A stretch of DNA of 63,853 bases, counting the filler, from Reclinomonas americana ATCC 50394 (Eukaryota), in assembly GCA_048213135.1 (NCBI GenBank). It is 20 parts of 20 records of this genome, joined end to end, with 100 filler letters (N's around TTAATTAATTAA, not from the genome) between each part and the next. Parts side by side here need not be neighbours in the genome. Positions count along the whole stretch, not along the records: positions 12,520 to 15,502 come from AFZH01024274.1; positions 15,603 to 22,260 come from AFZH01024275.1; positions 22,361 to 25,319 come from AFZH01024276.1; positions 25,420 to 27,022 come from AFZH01024277.1; 16 more parts are not named here. One strand, 5' to 3'. A model generated the notes under the pieces. It worked only from the letters and a program-made list of their open reading frames with translations, did not search any database and was not told where the DNA came from. Shown here piece after piece: positions 12,860 to 26,214 of this stretch. Both the position numbers and the translations under genes were made by a program. How positions within the stretch are numbered: position 1 is the first letter of the stretch; each line of letters begins with the position of its first letter.

Positions 12860-13950
12860 GTGTGTTGATGAGAAAGTAAGGGAGAGAGAAACAGACTGAA
12901 GAATGTCTGTTGAGTTTGCGTGCATGGCGAGAGAGGAAGAGGCACAACGGAGAAAGGGAACAGGTTAGCTTTGGAAGTGTGTGGATGGGAACGCGTTGGG
13001 GAGTGTAACAAAAAGAAATGTGTCTGTGGAGTGTTTGTGGCGCAAGAGAGGACCGTCAGGGGATGGATGGGTTGTGGCATTGTGTAGATGTGGATGCAAA
13101 CGATTAAAGGAGAACGAGGGAAAGGAGACGGATAGGTTGTGGCAGTGAGTGCGTTGATGGGGATGTGAAGGAGAGAGAAACAGAGAGAAGTGTGGCGGTG
13201 GAGATTGGATGGCAAGAGAGGATCGTCAGAGGGGGGATGTAAGGATGAGTCGTGGTCGACAGTGTGTGCATGGATGCAAGGAAGAGAGAATCAAAGGAAA
13301 GTCAGTTCGAGGAGATTGCGTGTGGCATGCAAAGAAATGCAGAGGGGGGGGGAGGGAAACGAGTTGTCGTGGTAGATAATGTGTGGATGGATGCAAGGGA
13401 GAGGAGAAGAATGTCTGTGTAAATGTGTGTGTGACAGAGAGAATCGTCCGATGGGGAAGAAAATGATACGTTGTTAAAGTATGTGGATGGATGGATGCAA
13501 GGGAGAGGAGAAGACTGTCTGTGGAAATATGTGCGTGTGACATAGAGAATCGACAGAGGAGGGATGGAGCGGATTGGTTGCGGTTGAGGGTGTGCACATG
13601 GGAATGCATTGGAGAGAGAAACAAAAGAGGAGAATGTCTGGGGAGGCTGCTTGTGTGTGGTAAGGGAGGATCGTCAGAGGTGGGAAGGGAAATGATACCC
13701 TATTATGTTAGTGTGATGAGAATGCATTGTAGAGATAGTAACAATAAGAAGTGTTCCGTGGAGGCAGTGCGTGTGGTAAGAGAGGATCGTCAGAGGTGGA
13801 AAGGGAATTGATACTTTGTGGCAGTGTGGATGAGAATGCATTGTAGAGATAGTAACAAAAAGAAGTGTGCCGTGGAGGCTGTGTGTGTGTGGCAAGTCAG
13901 AGGGGAAAGGGATAGCATACGTTGTGGTAGTGTGTGGATTGGATGCCATT
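12860..13950. repeat. Degenerate ~105-120 bp tandem repeat array
   Basis: Recurring core (a/g)gaggatcgtcagagg near 13048, 13217, 13439, 13545, 13666, 13781; gtgga/gatgagaatgcattgtagagatagtaaca duplicated at ~13713 and ~13826. Confidence 0.7.
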
Positions 13951-14519
13951 GAGAGGGTTACAAAGCGAGCGTTGTTAATGGAGGTTGATTCTGTATGCAA
14001 GGGAAATGTTGGAGGGAGAAGAGAGGAAGGACAGTTTGTCAATATTTGCGGTATTGTGTGACGACGGTAAGAAGGAGAGAGTGAGATAGGAGGAGGGCAT
14101 CAGTGGAGATTGTTCTTGTCATACGAGAGTGAGAGACCGACTGGGGGGAGAGAAAGATTAGGTGTTCCCCTGTGTGATGTGAATGGACCGCATGAGAGGA
14201 CGGGTTGTGGGTGACGGGAGTGGAAGACTTGAGGCGGGGGAATGACTGAGACTTTTGGGAGTGTGTGCTTGGGGATTCAACAGATGAGTGACATAAGAGG
14301 AGGTTGACTTTGAAGGTCAACTGTGCGTGCGAAGAGAGGAGGTGGGGATAGAAAGGAAATGTTGAGGTGCTGTTGATGAGATAAATAACAACAAGTGAGT
14401 GAATCAGAGAGTTTATGTGTGAAACAGAGAGGAGCGACAGAGGAGTGGGTTGGAGCGTGGCATTTTCGATCGTATGGTGTCCACGGCTTGCATGCTGACG
14501 TTTGCTTTCTGGTTGTACG

Positions 14520-15502
14520 ACAGATGAGCTCTGGCACTGGCACTCGCTCCGTGGAGATCACGCACCGCTTTGTGCAATCGTTCCCGGCGATTCCCACTGT
14601 GCTCTTTGGCATCTCCGCTCTCTCCAATACGATTGAGGGCGACACTGACATTCGCTGCGCGAGGCCGTCGGTCACCAAGTTTATGCTGACGGTACAGTGC
14701 TCGGCACTCGGCACTGCGCAGTTCGACTCGCCCATTACCAGTTTCGTGAGATCGATTAAGTTTTCGTGCACACTTGCATGAAACTCACGAGCTACGTCGC
14801 AGATTTCATCGCCATGTACGCGGACTCTGCAGCGACGTACACACACGACAACGAATTGCCGCGTCAGAAAGCTGCCAATGAGTGGCTGAGCCTGGCCACC
14901 GACAAGAATTTCACCAAGGTTTGTTGATGCAAACAGACCTGTGCATGGTCCCTGGACTCATTCATCGCAACTACGCGGCTGTGTGTGCAGGAGGTGGTGA
15001 ATGCCCACGCGTTTGGGTTTGATGAAATCCCTCGATTGCGCTGGCGCTGACGGGCGTGTGGTCCATTCGACTCCATCCGAGTGGCACGGCACGCAGCGAC
15101 AACTTTGAGGTGGCTGTCGGTGAGGCGGCCGCTGCTACCTCGCAGGTGTTGATGACGGTGCGCGGCGATAGTCGCGTGCAGGCGTTGGAGCTGCGTTCCA
15201 TGCTGGTGGGATCGCGGCTGGTGCCGCGTGACAATTCCAGTGGCTACGTGATGGTTTCGGGCGGTGAGTTTGTCTGCGAAGATTTGCAGGCAGTTGTGCA
15301 CGATTACTGACATGGATCACCATCATGTTGCACAGAGAGCACGCTGGTGGGCAACACACCGGTGGTGGTCACCCTCATCAGCCGTCAGTCAACCCGCGGG
15401 TTGAAACAGACTGATTTCCACACCGCCGCATTCTTGCGCGGATGGAAGGCGACCGGCACTGGTGCATCGCAGGTCAATCCGGAGTGGAGCGTACGGGCAG
15501 CT
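14520..15502 (+). CDS. Partial multi-exon protein, possibly with H-type-lectin-like beta repeats
   Basis: Exon SVEITHRFVQSFPAIPTVLFGISALSNTIEGDTDIRCARPSVTKFMLTV resembles the H-type lectin pattern F..PF...P.V..G...L; GT-AG introns. Confidence 0.35.
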
Positions 15503-15699
15503 NNNNNNNNNNNNNNNNNNNNNNNNNNNNNNNNNNNNNNNNNNNNTTAATTAATTAANNNNNNNNNNNNNNNNNNNNNNNNNNNNNNNNNNNNNNNNNN
15601 NNAACACGAGTAGCCTGCGCGAGAGCATCGCTGATTGATTGTGCAGGACTTGTTGCAATCGATGATCGACGTTCTCAGCTGCTGTTTTGTTTACTCCTA

Positions 15700-16530
15700 T
15701 TATTGTTGAGGCTGCGCAGCTGGTGGTTGTGGTGGCCGCAGAGGTCTCTGCTGCTCTGACGACGGCACATGACCAAAGATCGGCTCCTCGTACCGATCAT
15801 GCGCAAACTGCAACGGAGCCAGGTGTCGCACCATGAGATCCGCATGCTGCGCCGACAGTCGATAGTCGCCTACAACTCGCTAGAGTAATACAAGTCAGCA
15901 CGCGCGCGTCCACGTGGAGCACACAACAACGAAGCAAAGAACACCTGCAAGCTGTACGCGACTGGATCCTTCGCGCGTGCACTCAGCAGCCGCGACAGCT
16001 GCACATCAGAGATGCGACCTACAGGCTACCTCGGCGCGCATACACCCACGTCAGGCAACACGCTCACACGCCAGACAAAGCAAGGCACAGACCACTCCGG
16101 GCGTCACAGTCTCCACGCGCCCACGCAATGCCTCTCTGCGCACTCGTGCATTCTCCATGACTCGATCGTAGGCGAACTCGGGCTTGGCAGCCGCCACAGA
16201 CGACGACGCATCCTGCAGTCAGTGAGCGACAGTGTGTGTGTGCGCGTGCGCAAGAGTGGAGGTCCGCACCATTGACTGAATGCTACTCGACAAGCGCTTC
16301 AACACATCATCAAAGCGCTGCCTCTCCTCCGCCGATGGCACCTGCGCGCTATCAATGGCCTCCTGGAGCATGCGACGTTGCGCCCAGTCGCGCTCACGCA
16401 GCTTCATTGTGGCCTCGTGTTGCGCCTGTGCCGCCGATTGGTCCACTGTCACGCCTGCCTCGACGGACTTGGCGCGCGCTACAGTGTCGCTGGTGGTGGC
16501 GCCGAGTGTGCGGGATGCGCGGCCGCCCAT
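15700..16530 (-). CDS. NDUFAF4-like (complex I assembly factor-like) protein, multi-exon
   Basis: MG start (myristoylation-type). Spliced C-terminal GRISDVQLSRLLSARAKDPVAYSLQ/RVVGDYRLSAQHADLMVRHLAP resembles the NDUFAF4 C-terminal helical motif. Confidence 0.45.
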
Positions 16531-16598
16531 TGCTGTGTTGATTGATTGCGGTGAGTCACACGTGCAACCGTTGTCTGCGATCGTGTGAGAGAAGAGAG

Positions 16599-17544
16599 AT
16601 GGACTCGCCACTGGGCATGAGTGCGCTGAGTGGTAGCAGTGGAGGCGGTCGATGCACGCTGCGTGATCTGTGCGCCGAGGTGAGACGACTGCGTTGTTTC
16701 CCGCGCACAATGGATGACTGAGATGCGTGCGAGTGTGCAGGATAAGCAAAAGGTGGCCAAGCTGGTGATGGAGCTGGCGGCGGTGACGCGAGAGCGAGAC
16801 GCGGCAGTGGCAGCGCGTGATGATGCGACAGAGCAGGCTGAGCAGCGGCTGCACAAGCTGCGCGCGCAGAATGGCGAGTTGGCGCGGGAAGTCGGGCGAG
16901 TTGCGTTGGCGCTCGCCACAACAGCTCCTCGCGCGCGCGTGGGTCACTGATGGTTACAGTAGTTGCGGCAGCGGCTGCGGCAGGCGATCGCAGTGGCCAA
17001 GGCGTTACAGGCGCAGTCGCACACGCTGGAGGTGGAGAACTCGCGGTTACAGGCGTCGCTGCTGCAGGCGGCACAGCATGCGCCGCGAATGCCTGCGGCG
17101 CCAGTGTCGCCCGGCGGCGCGTTGTCTGTGCGCGATTCGATGAGCTCGACGCTGTCGCTGCCGCCGCAGCCGCCACTGAGCGGCAGCGACGATGATACGG
17201 AGATTGAGCGGTTGCTTGGCTTGTTCATGTCGGGAGCGTATGTGGGACCCACGTCCACAGTGGATGTGCCGCCGCTGGCATCACTGGCACGCGAACAACA
17301 GCAGCCAGCTCATGCTGATGGCGACGACGATGATGATGATGACTCCACGTGCATCGTGAGCCCGATTAGCTCGTTCAGTTCCAGCAGCAGCAGTGCGAAT
17401 CGTTTCCGACCACTCAGCGATGACGACGATGACGACGACGATGACCATGGTGGCCGAGGGAGCAGTCGAGGGGAAGATGATGAGTGGATGGCCGAGCTGG
17501 ATGTGCTCGTGCGCCGGTTGCAGCATCACGAAGTAAAGAGGTGA
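16599..17544 (+). CDS. Coiled-coil protein with a hinderin/KIAA1328-like motif
   Basis: Spliced TLRDLCAE/DKQKVAKLVMELA followed by coiled coil and acidic tail; introns ~16680-16740 and ~16940-16960. Confidence 0.6.
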
Positions 17545-17712
17545 TTGCAGGGCTTGACATCCACCAGCTAGCAGGAAACGACACAGAAACGCACGACGGG
17601 AATAGCTGCATTGCCGGCCGTCGACATCGACCGCGAGCAACCCGCGCGCTCTTTCTTTTTGTCTCGCTCGATTTTTTTTTGTGTTTCCCACATTGAGCAC
17701 GGACAACTCCAC

Positions 17713-20700
17713 ATGCGCGGCACCATCATTCAATTCCTGCCCTCCGCGCATCTCCCCTGTGATGGGTGGTTTGAGGAGGCGCAGATGTTTGCCTCGGCTG
17801 AGAGTCGGTGTGACGCACAGCCTGTGTTGGCCTTTCACGCGCTCATCAGTGGCATCGAGTATGGTGTCATTGTGCTCGACAATCGTGCGTGTGCTCTCTC
17901 TCTCTCTCTCACACACACGCCTCTCTCTCTCTCTCTCTCTTCTTGTGTGTGTCACATCATGAGTGTGATCATCTCTTCCCGCCGGTTTCGGTGTCATCAT
18001 CATCATCATCTCATCACGAAATGCCATGGCAAACTCCAGCAACGGTCACCCCACATACTATTCTCCCCTTCTGACTGTCTCTTTTTGCCTCTCATCGCCA
18101 CACACACACCACTGCCCCCTCGCTGCGCCCTCACCTCGTGCGTGCCTGCTGCACAGACACGCTGTCGATCTGGCAGCTGACATCGGCACACGATGCGCAC
18201 CACTGCGCCACGATTCATGCTGGCGAGTGTCTGTTGAGCTCGGCCGGTACCCATACGTGTACCGTTGCGTGGGCCGATGCAGAATTTGAGGTGCCCGACG
18301 AGGTGAGTCTCCTCACTCCCACCACGAGCACGACCACTGTCAACTCATGCAATATCGCCGCATTGTGTTCACTCCCGTTGCACGTCGTGCAGTTGTTCTA
18401 CGTGCTGGTCGACCGCCTCGGCAGTCTGCACGGCACCACCAGCTCGATCGACGAGACGCAGTCGCAGGAGCTGATGGAGTCAGGCGAGGCGATAGAGGAC
18501 TCGCAAATGTCGGATGAGGACTCGGGCGACATTTGCTTGGGCGATGGCGACATGCCGGTGGTGCCTGTGGCCAGCATGCCAGCGACGGGCCTGCCACTGC
18601 GATCGGCGATGAAGAAGCGCACGTCGGCCAGCGACTTGCCCCCGTTCAGGCAGGTCCGGGTGATGCACATGCAAGACCCGGTGCGCTTTGGCCACGAGGT
18701 GGTGCACACGATCGATCCCAATGCGCCGGCCAATTATCACTGGTCGCAGGAAGGTGCGAAGAGGGGGAAGGGGGGAAAGAGAAGGGATAGGAAAGGGAGA
18801 AGGGAGAGGAGAAGGGAGAAGAGAGAGAGAGGTGGAGAGAAAAACAGAGATACAGAAATCACCGAGAAAGGAGAAAGAGTGACTTTCGTCTTCCCCCTTC
18901 TGGTTTTCTACTTCGCTTCCCTTCGCTTCCCCCTTCGCTTCCCCCTTCACTTCGCTTCTCTCTTCGCTTCCCCGTTGCTTCCCCTTTGCTTCCCCTTGCT
19001 TTCCTTTTGCTTCCCCTTCGCCTCCCCTTTGCTTCCCCTTTGCTTCCCCTTTGCTTCCCCTTTGCTTGCCCTTTGCTTCCCCTTGGCTTCCCCTTTGCTT
19101 CCCCTTTGCGTCCCCTTCTCTTCCCCTTTCCGTCTTCCCGACTGGCCGTTGGTGGTGAGACACACGAAAGAGCACAAGCAACGAAGAAGGCAGTGAGGTG
19201 GGAGTGCGAGAAGATGAGAGATGTGGTATGCAGTACCATTTTCTCGAAAGAGCAGAATGACTGCAATAGGGCTGTCGGTGCGCACACCTTCCTAACGGCT
19301 ACTTTGCTTTAAATCTTGCTTCTCTCTCTCTCCTTTCACTGTCTTCGTCGCTGATCGATTACTTGTTGCCCGCAGGTGACTTTACCACACGGCGATCGAT
19401 CCCCCTGCGCCCCGCCAGTCGGTGGATGATGGTGAGGCCGGATGGACTGTACGAGTCGCGCTACTACCACACCGTGAACTATGTGGACGGGCACGGCTTT
19501 GTGGTGGTCGGTGGCATCAACATTGACGGCGCCCTCTGCCCCGATATCACCGTCATTCGCAACGATGGCAAGGTACCACACAAACACCGATATCCCCTTC
19601 CCGCTTTCGATCTCATCGCCTCCACCAACGCAGGCGGATCGCATCGGCCAACTGCAAAGACCACGTCGTGCACACGCAGCAGTGACTGTCGACAAGACCG
19701 TGGCCATTGTCGCCGGTGGTCACTTCTACAACCAGGCGCTGGACATGTTTTACGACGATCTGGTGTTTCTCGACTTGAGTTGCGTGCACAATAGTAAGCA
19801 GCGTGCATGCGATGTGCTCCCGTCTCATGTGTGCAACAGAGTCCAAGAAGCAACGAGAGCACAACAAGAGTCGATTCTGCCCACCGCCCAGACGCCATCA
19901 CACGGCCGTGCTCATGGGCAAGCAGATTGTCGTCTTTGGTGGTTGCTACAAGAAGGACCGACGGAACGATGTGCACCTGTTCGACATTGAGACGGAGCAG
20001 TGGAGCACCGTGTTTGTGGCCGGCGAGGTTTGCTTCTTCTCGATGCTTGCTTCTGCAGACGGTGGTGATCTCACTTACTGTCGACAGGCTCCTTGTGGTC
20101 GCATGTCGCACGTCGCAGTACGGCTGACCGATAATCTCATGCTGGTCGGTGGAGGCAACGAGCGCGGCGGTCGTATTCTCGACGATTTTTACGTGCTGCA
20201 CTTGCAGACCACGAATCGTCCTCGTTGCGTCGTCCACGCCCTCATTTCTTCTCTTTATTTGCGCTCACGCCTATCACAGCACTCGGTGTGTGGCACCACG
20301 TGCGACTGCAGGGCGAGGTGCCGCGAGTGATGCACGCCACGGCGTGCGAGTTCAACTCGTATGTTATTCTCTTTGGCGGCTACGACGGGGAGAAGTCGGT
20401 CAACGACATTTTCGTGCTCGACTTTCGCGAGTTTGTGCACATGGTGACGCACACGGCGGCGGGTGGCAGCCTGGAGACGGACGTGACGGTCGACTGCGCA
20501 CGATACGAGTTCCCCACGCCACTGCCAGAGAACCGACACACCATCATACCACCGCGTTTCGGTCACACGGCGCTGGTGTTGCCGGGCGAGCCGCACTTGT
20601 GGGTGTTTGGAGGGCGCGACAAGAGGAGGTGAGTGAGTGGGAGCTGCAGAGGGGCGCACGACCAGCTCGTTGCTGACATGCTGCGTGCGCAGAGCGTTTG

Positions 20701-20753
20701 GCGACTGCTGGCGAATCGACCTCGAGCTTGTCACCCAGACGCCGAGAGCATGA
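17713..20753 (+). CDS. Kelch-repeat beta-propeller protein, multi-exon (5' end uncertain)
   Basis: About six Kelch blades: RYYHT..FVVVGG, RRAHAA..IVAGG, RRHHTA..IVVFGG, RMSHVA..LVGGG, HATA..ILFGG, RFGHTA..WVFGG. Confidence 0.8.
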
Positions 20754-20852
20754 TGAGACTCCCGGACACCTATGAATACTTGTACATCTTGTTGAGGCAT
20801 TGTGTAATAGAATTCTGTTATTGTTGTTGTTGTTGTTGTTGTTGTTATCGCG

Positions 20853-22476
20853 TCATGCTCGTCCGTCCTCGATCATGTACATGCGAACAGCAAAGAGCTC
20901 GGCCGGCCAGTTGCGCTGCTGCGAGTCGGCCACCAACCGCACCTCGGCGCGCTCAAACAGCTTGCGCATGTACTCGTCACTGCGCGTCACCGATGTGTCC
21001 TCGCGGTCGAACACAAAGCCGGCGGTGCAGTTGTTCTCTTTCAGTACCACGGCGCCGCCGGGTCGCAGCGAGGTCACGCAGCGGCGGAGGAAGGTGATGA
21101 GGTCGTCGTCGGGGAGGTGACCGATGACCCATTGGATCCATATCTGATGGAGGGGGAATAGTGGGGGAAGGGGGAGGGGAGGGAAAGGAGGAGGGGGAAG
21201 GGAAGAAGGGAAGAAGGGGGATGAGTAACTTGCAGACAACGACGATAGAGTGAAGCACAACGATAGGAATAGAACAGAGCGGAAAGAAAGGGATAAACAG
21301 CAGGAAGTCGAACAGATTGGGATGCGAAGCATGCAGATGTGAACGAAGGTACAATGGCAGAATGAAAGGAATAGAACTGAGTGGAAAGGAAGGGATGAAA
21401 CAGCAGGAAGAACGATGGTGGAAGATTAGCGGAGAGATGAGCACAACGTAGACAACCGACAAGGGATAGAACTGAGTGGAAAGGAGACGGGATGGATAAC
21501 AGCAGGAACGAGGACGCTGGAAGACAACCTGCAGAGTGACATGAAGGAGTGCGATGGAATACAGCCAGCAAACAAGCACTGCACCACATAAGAACAACGA
21601 GAGGAGAGAACGCTCGCATGGAAGGATGGACCAAGAGTGGCACAGCATAGTAAAGAACGAGAATCACGCGATGAGAGGTGCCACGCATCAGAGCGACGCG
21701 ACAATTGCACAGAGCAGCGAGGAGAACATGACACGCGAAGATGAGAGGAGAATGAAGATGAAGTGCAACAAACAGATCAACAGCAAGTGCCGTAGCAGAG
21801 AGAACTGCAAGCGAATGACAGACATGCGAAGCAGACCCATTACAACCGGCAGAGATATGACTTCTCCTTTCCCCCACTCTTCTCCTCGTCCTCACCACAT
21901 CATACTCCCCCGGCGGCGCCTCAAACTCCTGCAATCCTTTGTTCATGTAGTGCCGCGCCCGGTCGCCCAGCGTCGCCCGCGCCTGCTCCAAAAAGTGCGC
22001 ATCCTGCTCAATCAGGTCCACCTCGTCAAAGTAATCGCACAGCAGATCGCGACTGATGCGCCCAATGCCAGCTCCACAATCTGCATGCATCCAACTCACT
22101 CACTCAGCAAGCCCAGCGTGAGTGTATGACAAGAGTGAGAGTGATACCTAGTGCACGCGTCTTGGGAGACTGCAGGCGTGGTTTCACATGAATGTCGAGG
22201 AAGATGCGACTAAAGGCCACGTCCTTGGCCGACAAGTGCCCAAACCCGCCCAACACACCANNNNNNNNNNNNNNNNNNNNNNNNNNNNNNNNNNNNNNNN
22301 NNNNTTAATTAATTAANNNNNNNNNNNNNNNNNNNNNNNNNNNNNNNNNNNNNNNNNNNNTCGCTCGTCGAGCACTCACCGCCCTTGGCATACCACCGCT
22401 CATCGAGCTCCTTCTCCCACAACTCCTGTGCGTTCTTGTACTCCAACGAGTCACCATCCCATCCCTCCTGATCCAT
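20853..22476 (-). CDS. NTM1: Alpha N-terminal protein methyltransferase, spans spacer 22261-22360
   Basis: MDQEGWDGDSLEYKNAQELWEKELDERWYAKG, GVLGGFGHLS, DCGAGIGRISRDLL, IWIQWVIGHLPDDD, LKEN, DTSVTRS, WPAELFAVRMY. Confidence 0.92.
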
Positions 22477-22514
22477 TCTGTTGCTTTACTCTCTCAGACT
22501 CGTGCTTGCAACAA

Positions 22515-24419
22515 TCAAACCGCGTCCAGCAGCTGTCCCGTCGACGACGACTGCACCATCGATCCGCTACTTCTCGGGTGGTGCAGCAGGTCGAGGCTGG
22601 TGCGTGCGCTGCCAGTGGAGCGTGGTGGTGTGCGCGTGCCGTCGTCGTGATGTCTGTCGGCCAGACTGCTCAGGGCAATCGCTGCACCACCACCGGTGCT
22701 GTTGCGGTTCGCCACGCTCGGCGTGATTTCCGTGTCGGTGCCGTCCCAGTAGGCGCTGTTGCTGTGGCCGCCGTGGACGGGCGAAGGGGCGGGGATGTCG
22801 TATAGGTCGCCGCGCACGCGTCGGCGTGTGACGCTGCTGCCGCCACTGCTGCTGCTGGAGGAGCTGCCGGCGCAGCGCAGCCAGCGTTCGTGTGGCAGCT
22901 CGCCCTCGCGGAACGCATGTGCGGTGCTGATGCGCGACGGCAACGTAAAGTTCCACACGCGAGCCAGGCCCTCGGTGGGCGTGCGACGGAGCGCTGTGGT
23001 GCCCGACAGCCAGCCGCCGAGATAGAGTATGCCGACGGCGGCGTCGAATGCGGCAACCAGCGCGGCGACCAAAAAGCTATGCAGCAGCAGCAGGGGTACC
23101 ACGACAAAGACCACCACCAACACCTTGCTGGTCGGTCCTAATGAGCAGTGCAGCTCCAGCACGCGCGATGCTCGTCGGAAGCCACCAATCATCGTCACCA
23201 CCATGAACATCACCACCGTCACCGGCACAATCACCAACGAGAACTGCACAATGCCGGCGATACCCACGAGAATGGCTGCGGAGGGGGAAAGGAGGGGAGG
23301 AATAATTGTCAGTCAAGTCAGTGAGTGAATGGAAGGTGGGAGAGAGGGAGAGGATCTCCCCGCACACCGACTCCGAGGAGGGCCAGTGGCGCCGCCCACT
23401 GCATCAGTTGCACCATGGAGAGTGCGTGCGTACAAACACAACAGGTACACGCGGAGGAGAGCACAACAGAATCGGTGTGTCGACGGAAAGGAACGACAGC
23501 AGAAGCCAGCGAGAGCAGTGGAGTGAAGAGAGAGGAAATGATCAAATACACACTTTCTCTTCTCTCCCCTTCTTCGCCCTCATTGGCCGCCTCCCCAACT
23601 GCCCACTGGCCAACAAACGAACCTGGAAGCAGACACGCCCACCGCGGTGGCGGCTCAAACGACACACTGCCCCCCGAACCCGGCACCGCACTCCCCACCA
23701 GCACCTCGGGCGGCACAAACCCATTCGACGACGACGGCGCCACAGGCGGCCGCACCGCCACACCTTTGACACGCCCCGCTCGCTTGGCCGCAAACGCCGC
23801 CAGCGACTGCCGCCGCGTCGAAATCGCCGGCGGCGTGAACGCCTCAGCATCCTCACGCAACTCCAAATCATCGTCGTCCGAGTCACCATCGCCACGCTCG
23901 TGATTCCGTTGATGCCGATGCGATGAAGGCTGCAGGCGATGATGCGAGCGATCGACTGCAACGCAAACGATCCTCATAAGCGATACACAGCAGCTGTTTT
24001 GTTGTTATATATCGCTTACCGGCAGTGGTCAGCGGAATTGTGACGGCCGATCGCACGGGCGATCGCAGCACGGAGAAGCTGAGGCGTCCCTTGCTCGCCT
24101 GCTGCTCACCGCTCTCCACAGTGGCCGCAACGACCGCCGCAGATACCGCTTCGCCATCATCATCGCCGTCATCATCGTCTTCTTCTGGTGGCGGTCGATC
24201 GATCAGTTGCCGCACACGAGGAGTAGTCGATGTCGACGAGGCAGGCGCAGTGGTGCCGGGTGGTGGCGGTGTGTCGTACTTGCGCTGCTCGCTGTTCAAT
24301 GTGAGCATGGCGACGGCGGGAGTCAGCGCGAGCGGCTCTGGCGGCTGCGTGCGCGGGAAGCCGGGCAGCGAGGTCGGCGCCGGTGAGTCGGGGGCGGGGA
24401 GGAGCACGTTCGTGGCCAT
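22515..24419 (-). CDS. Hypothetical membrane protein with low-complexity N-terminus, multi-exon
   Basis: Long - strand exons; hydrophobic segments GIAGIVQFSLVIVPVTVVMFMVV and VLVVVFVVVPLLLLHSFLVAALVAA. Confidence 0.5.
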
Positions 24420-25419
24420 TCGATGATTGATAAGAGTGAGAGCCAGCCGTCGATCGTTCAGTGGATTGGCCAGTCGACGGAGCATTCGATCGTTCGCAAG
24501 GTGTGTGGAGCGCGCGTTGTGGCCTCTGTGCATGTGAGAGAGAGAGAGAGTGTGTGTGTGAGTGTGTGTGTGTGTGTGTGTCGCGGGACCGAGAGGCAAC
24601 GAGTGACTTGTTATGCATTGAGTACATTGTGTGTGTGAAAGAGACAGACATGTGATTGCTTGTGTGTGCAGTGAGGCGCCAGTGGAGAGAGCGCGCGCGC
24701 ATGTGTGTAAGATAGGCACAGCAGTGCATTGTGTGTGCATTGTGAGTGTGCATTGTGTCGTGGAATGTGCGACTGCGAGAATTCTTCGCGCAATGCGTTC
24801 TCACACTCTCTCTCACACACAGTCTCACAGAAGCAAACCATGGGCCAGCAGCAGTCATACCACGTCTCCGCCACCGCCATGGGCACCGACAACGATGTTT
24901 CGTAACAAGAAAACAAAGAAAGAGAGAGACACACACAAATCAGTGTTTTGCTTACTGACTGTGTGTGCGCGTAGGTGCAAGTGCACTCGACAGGCGAGAA
25001 CGTCAACGCCACTGCCATGGGCACTGTTGCGCATACACACACACGCGCACGCACGCAGGGAGAAAGAGACAGACACACTCATTGCTCTCATTTCAACAGG
25101 ACAACAGCGTTGCTGTGGACCGTGAGCAGCCCGAGGTGGAGAGCGGCTTGCCTTCTCTCTAATAAGCACACGCGCACGAGTGTGTGTGTGTATGTGTGCC
25201 TCTCTCGCTTGAGAAGAGTGAAAGCGTTTTGTTCGACATAATAACACGAAGGCGTCTCTCTGTCTCTGTGAAGGTCAAGCACGCACAGTGGTGCCTCTCT
25301 CTCTCTCTCTCTCTTCTCTNNNNNNNNNNNNNNNNNNNNNNNNNNNNNNNNNNNNNNNNNNNNTTAATTAATTAANNNNNNNNNNNNNNNNNNNNNNNNN
25401 NNNNNNNNNNNNNNNNNNN

Positions 25420-26049
25420 CATGTTGTGAGTGGGAGCTTTGACAGCACAGTGCGTGTGTGGTCACTGGCGAGTGGAAAGGAAGTGCGACGGTTTCTGAGT
25501 CACCCGTGGGTAATCATTGCAGTCGCGTTCACTCCCGATGGACAGCACTTGGTAGGTGGGAGCACTGACCCGACTGCGCGAGTGTGGTCGCTGTCGAGCG
25601 GCGAGGAGTTGCGACGATTTATGGGGCACGCTCGCGCAGTGTTTACAGTCATCGTCACTCCCGATGGTCAGTATGTGGTCAGTGGCGGTAATGACAACGT
25701 TGTGCGAGTGTGGTCACTGGCGACTGGCGAGGAAGTGCGACGATTGGAAGGGCACACCGATCGTGTCTCTTCGGTTACGCTCACTCCCGACGGCGAGCAC
25801 ATTGTGAGCGGCAGTTACGACAAGACTATCCGCGTGTGGTCAACACCGCGTGGTCTTGCACGGCAGGAACTTCAGTGTGCACGACTGGCCATGCAGGCTG
25901 TGCGGGAAATGCAGCGAGAGATTGACGACGAGAAGGAGGAGGAGGATCCACGCTGCTTGGTGGAGATTGTGCTGCGGTGTTTCTTGGTGGAAGATGCACG
26001 AGTCATTCTTTATCGATGCTGTGCCGGCGACAATCCCCTGCTGTGGTAA
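25420..26049 (+). CDS. WD40-repeat protein C-terminus (HET-E/NWD-like repeats), 5'-partial, intronless here
   Basis: About 3.5 repeats of 42 aa, e.g. EEVRRLEGHTDRVSSVTLTPDGEHIVSGSYDKTIRVW. Confidence 0.9.
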   Translation, partial: HVVSGSFDSTVRVWSLASGKEVRRFLSHPWVIIAVAFTPDGQHLVGGSTDPTARVWSLSSGEELRRFMGHARAVFTVIVTPDGQYVVSGGNDNVVRVWSLATGEEVRRLEGHTDRVSSVTLTPDGEHIVSGSYDKTIRVWSTPRGLARQELQCARLAMQAVREMQREIDDEKEEEDPRCLVEIVLRCFLVEDARVILYRCCAGDNPLLW

Positions 26050-26214
26050 AGACATTGTCGGCAAGGGATTTGTGGGCGTGAATGAAGTGTCTTGGTTTTT
26101 TTTTTTGGCGAGAGCAATGCTCCCAAGGACGTGTCCCTCTCTCTCTCCTGTTCTCCACCTTCGTTGTTTCCTGCATTTTACGCAAGAATAGTCCATTCGC
26201 CATTGCGTTGTCCA

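Noticed and set aside
18750..19140. Long ORFs over GA/CT-rich tracts (also 12130-12830, 28160-28500, 51000-51680, 53737-54700)
   Set aside because: Low-complexity intronic sequence that lacks stops by composition.
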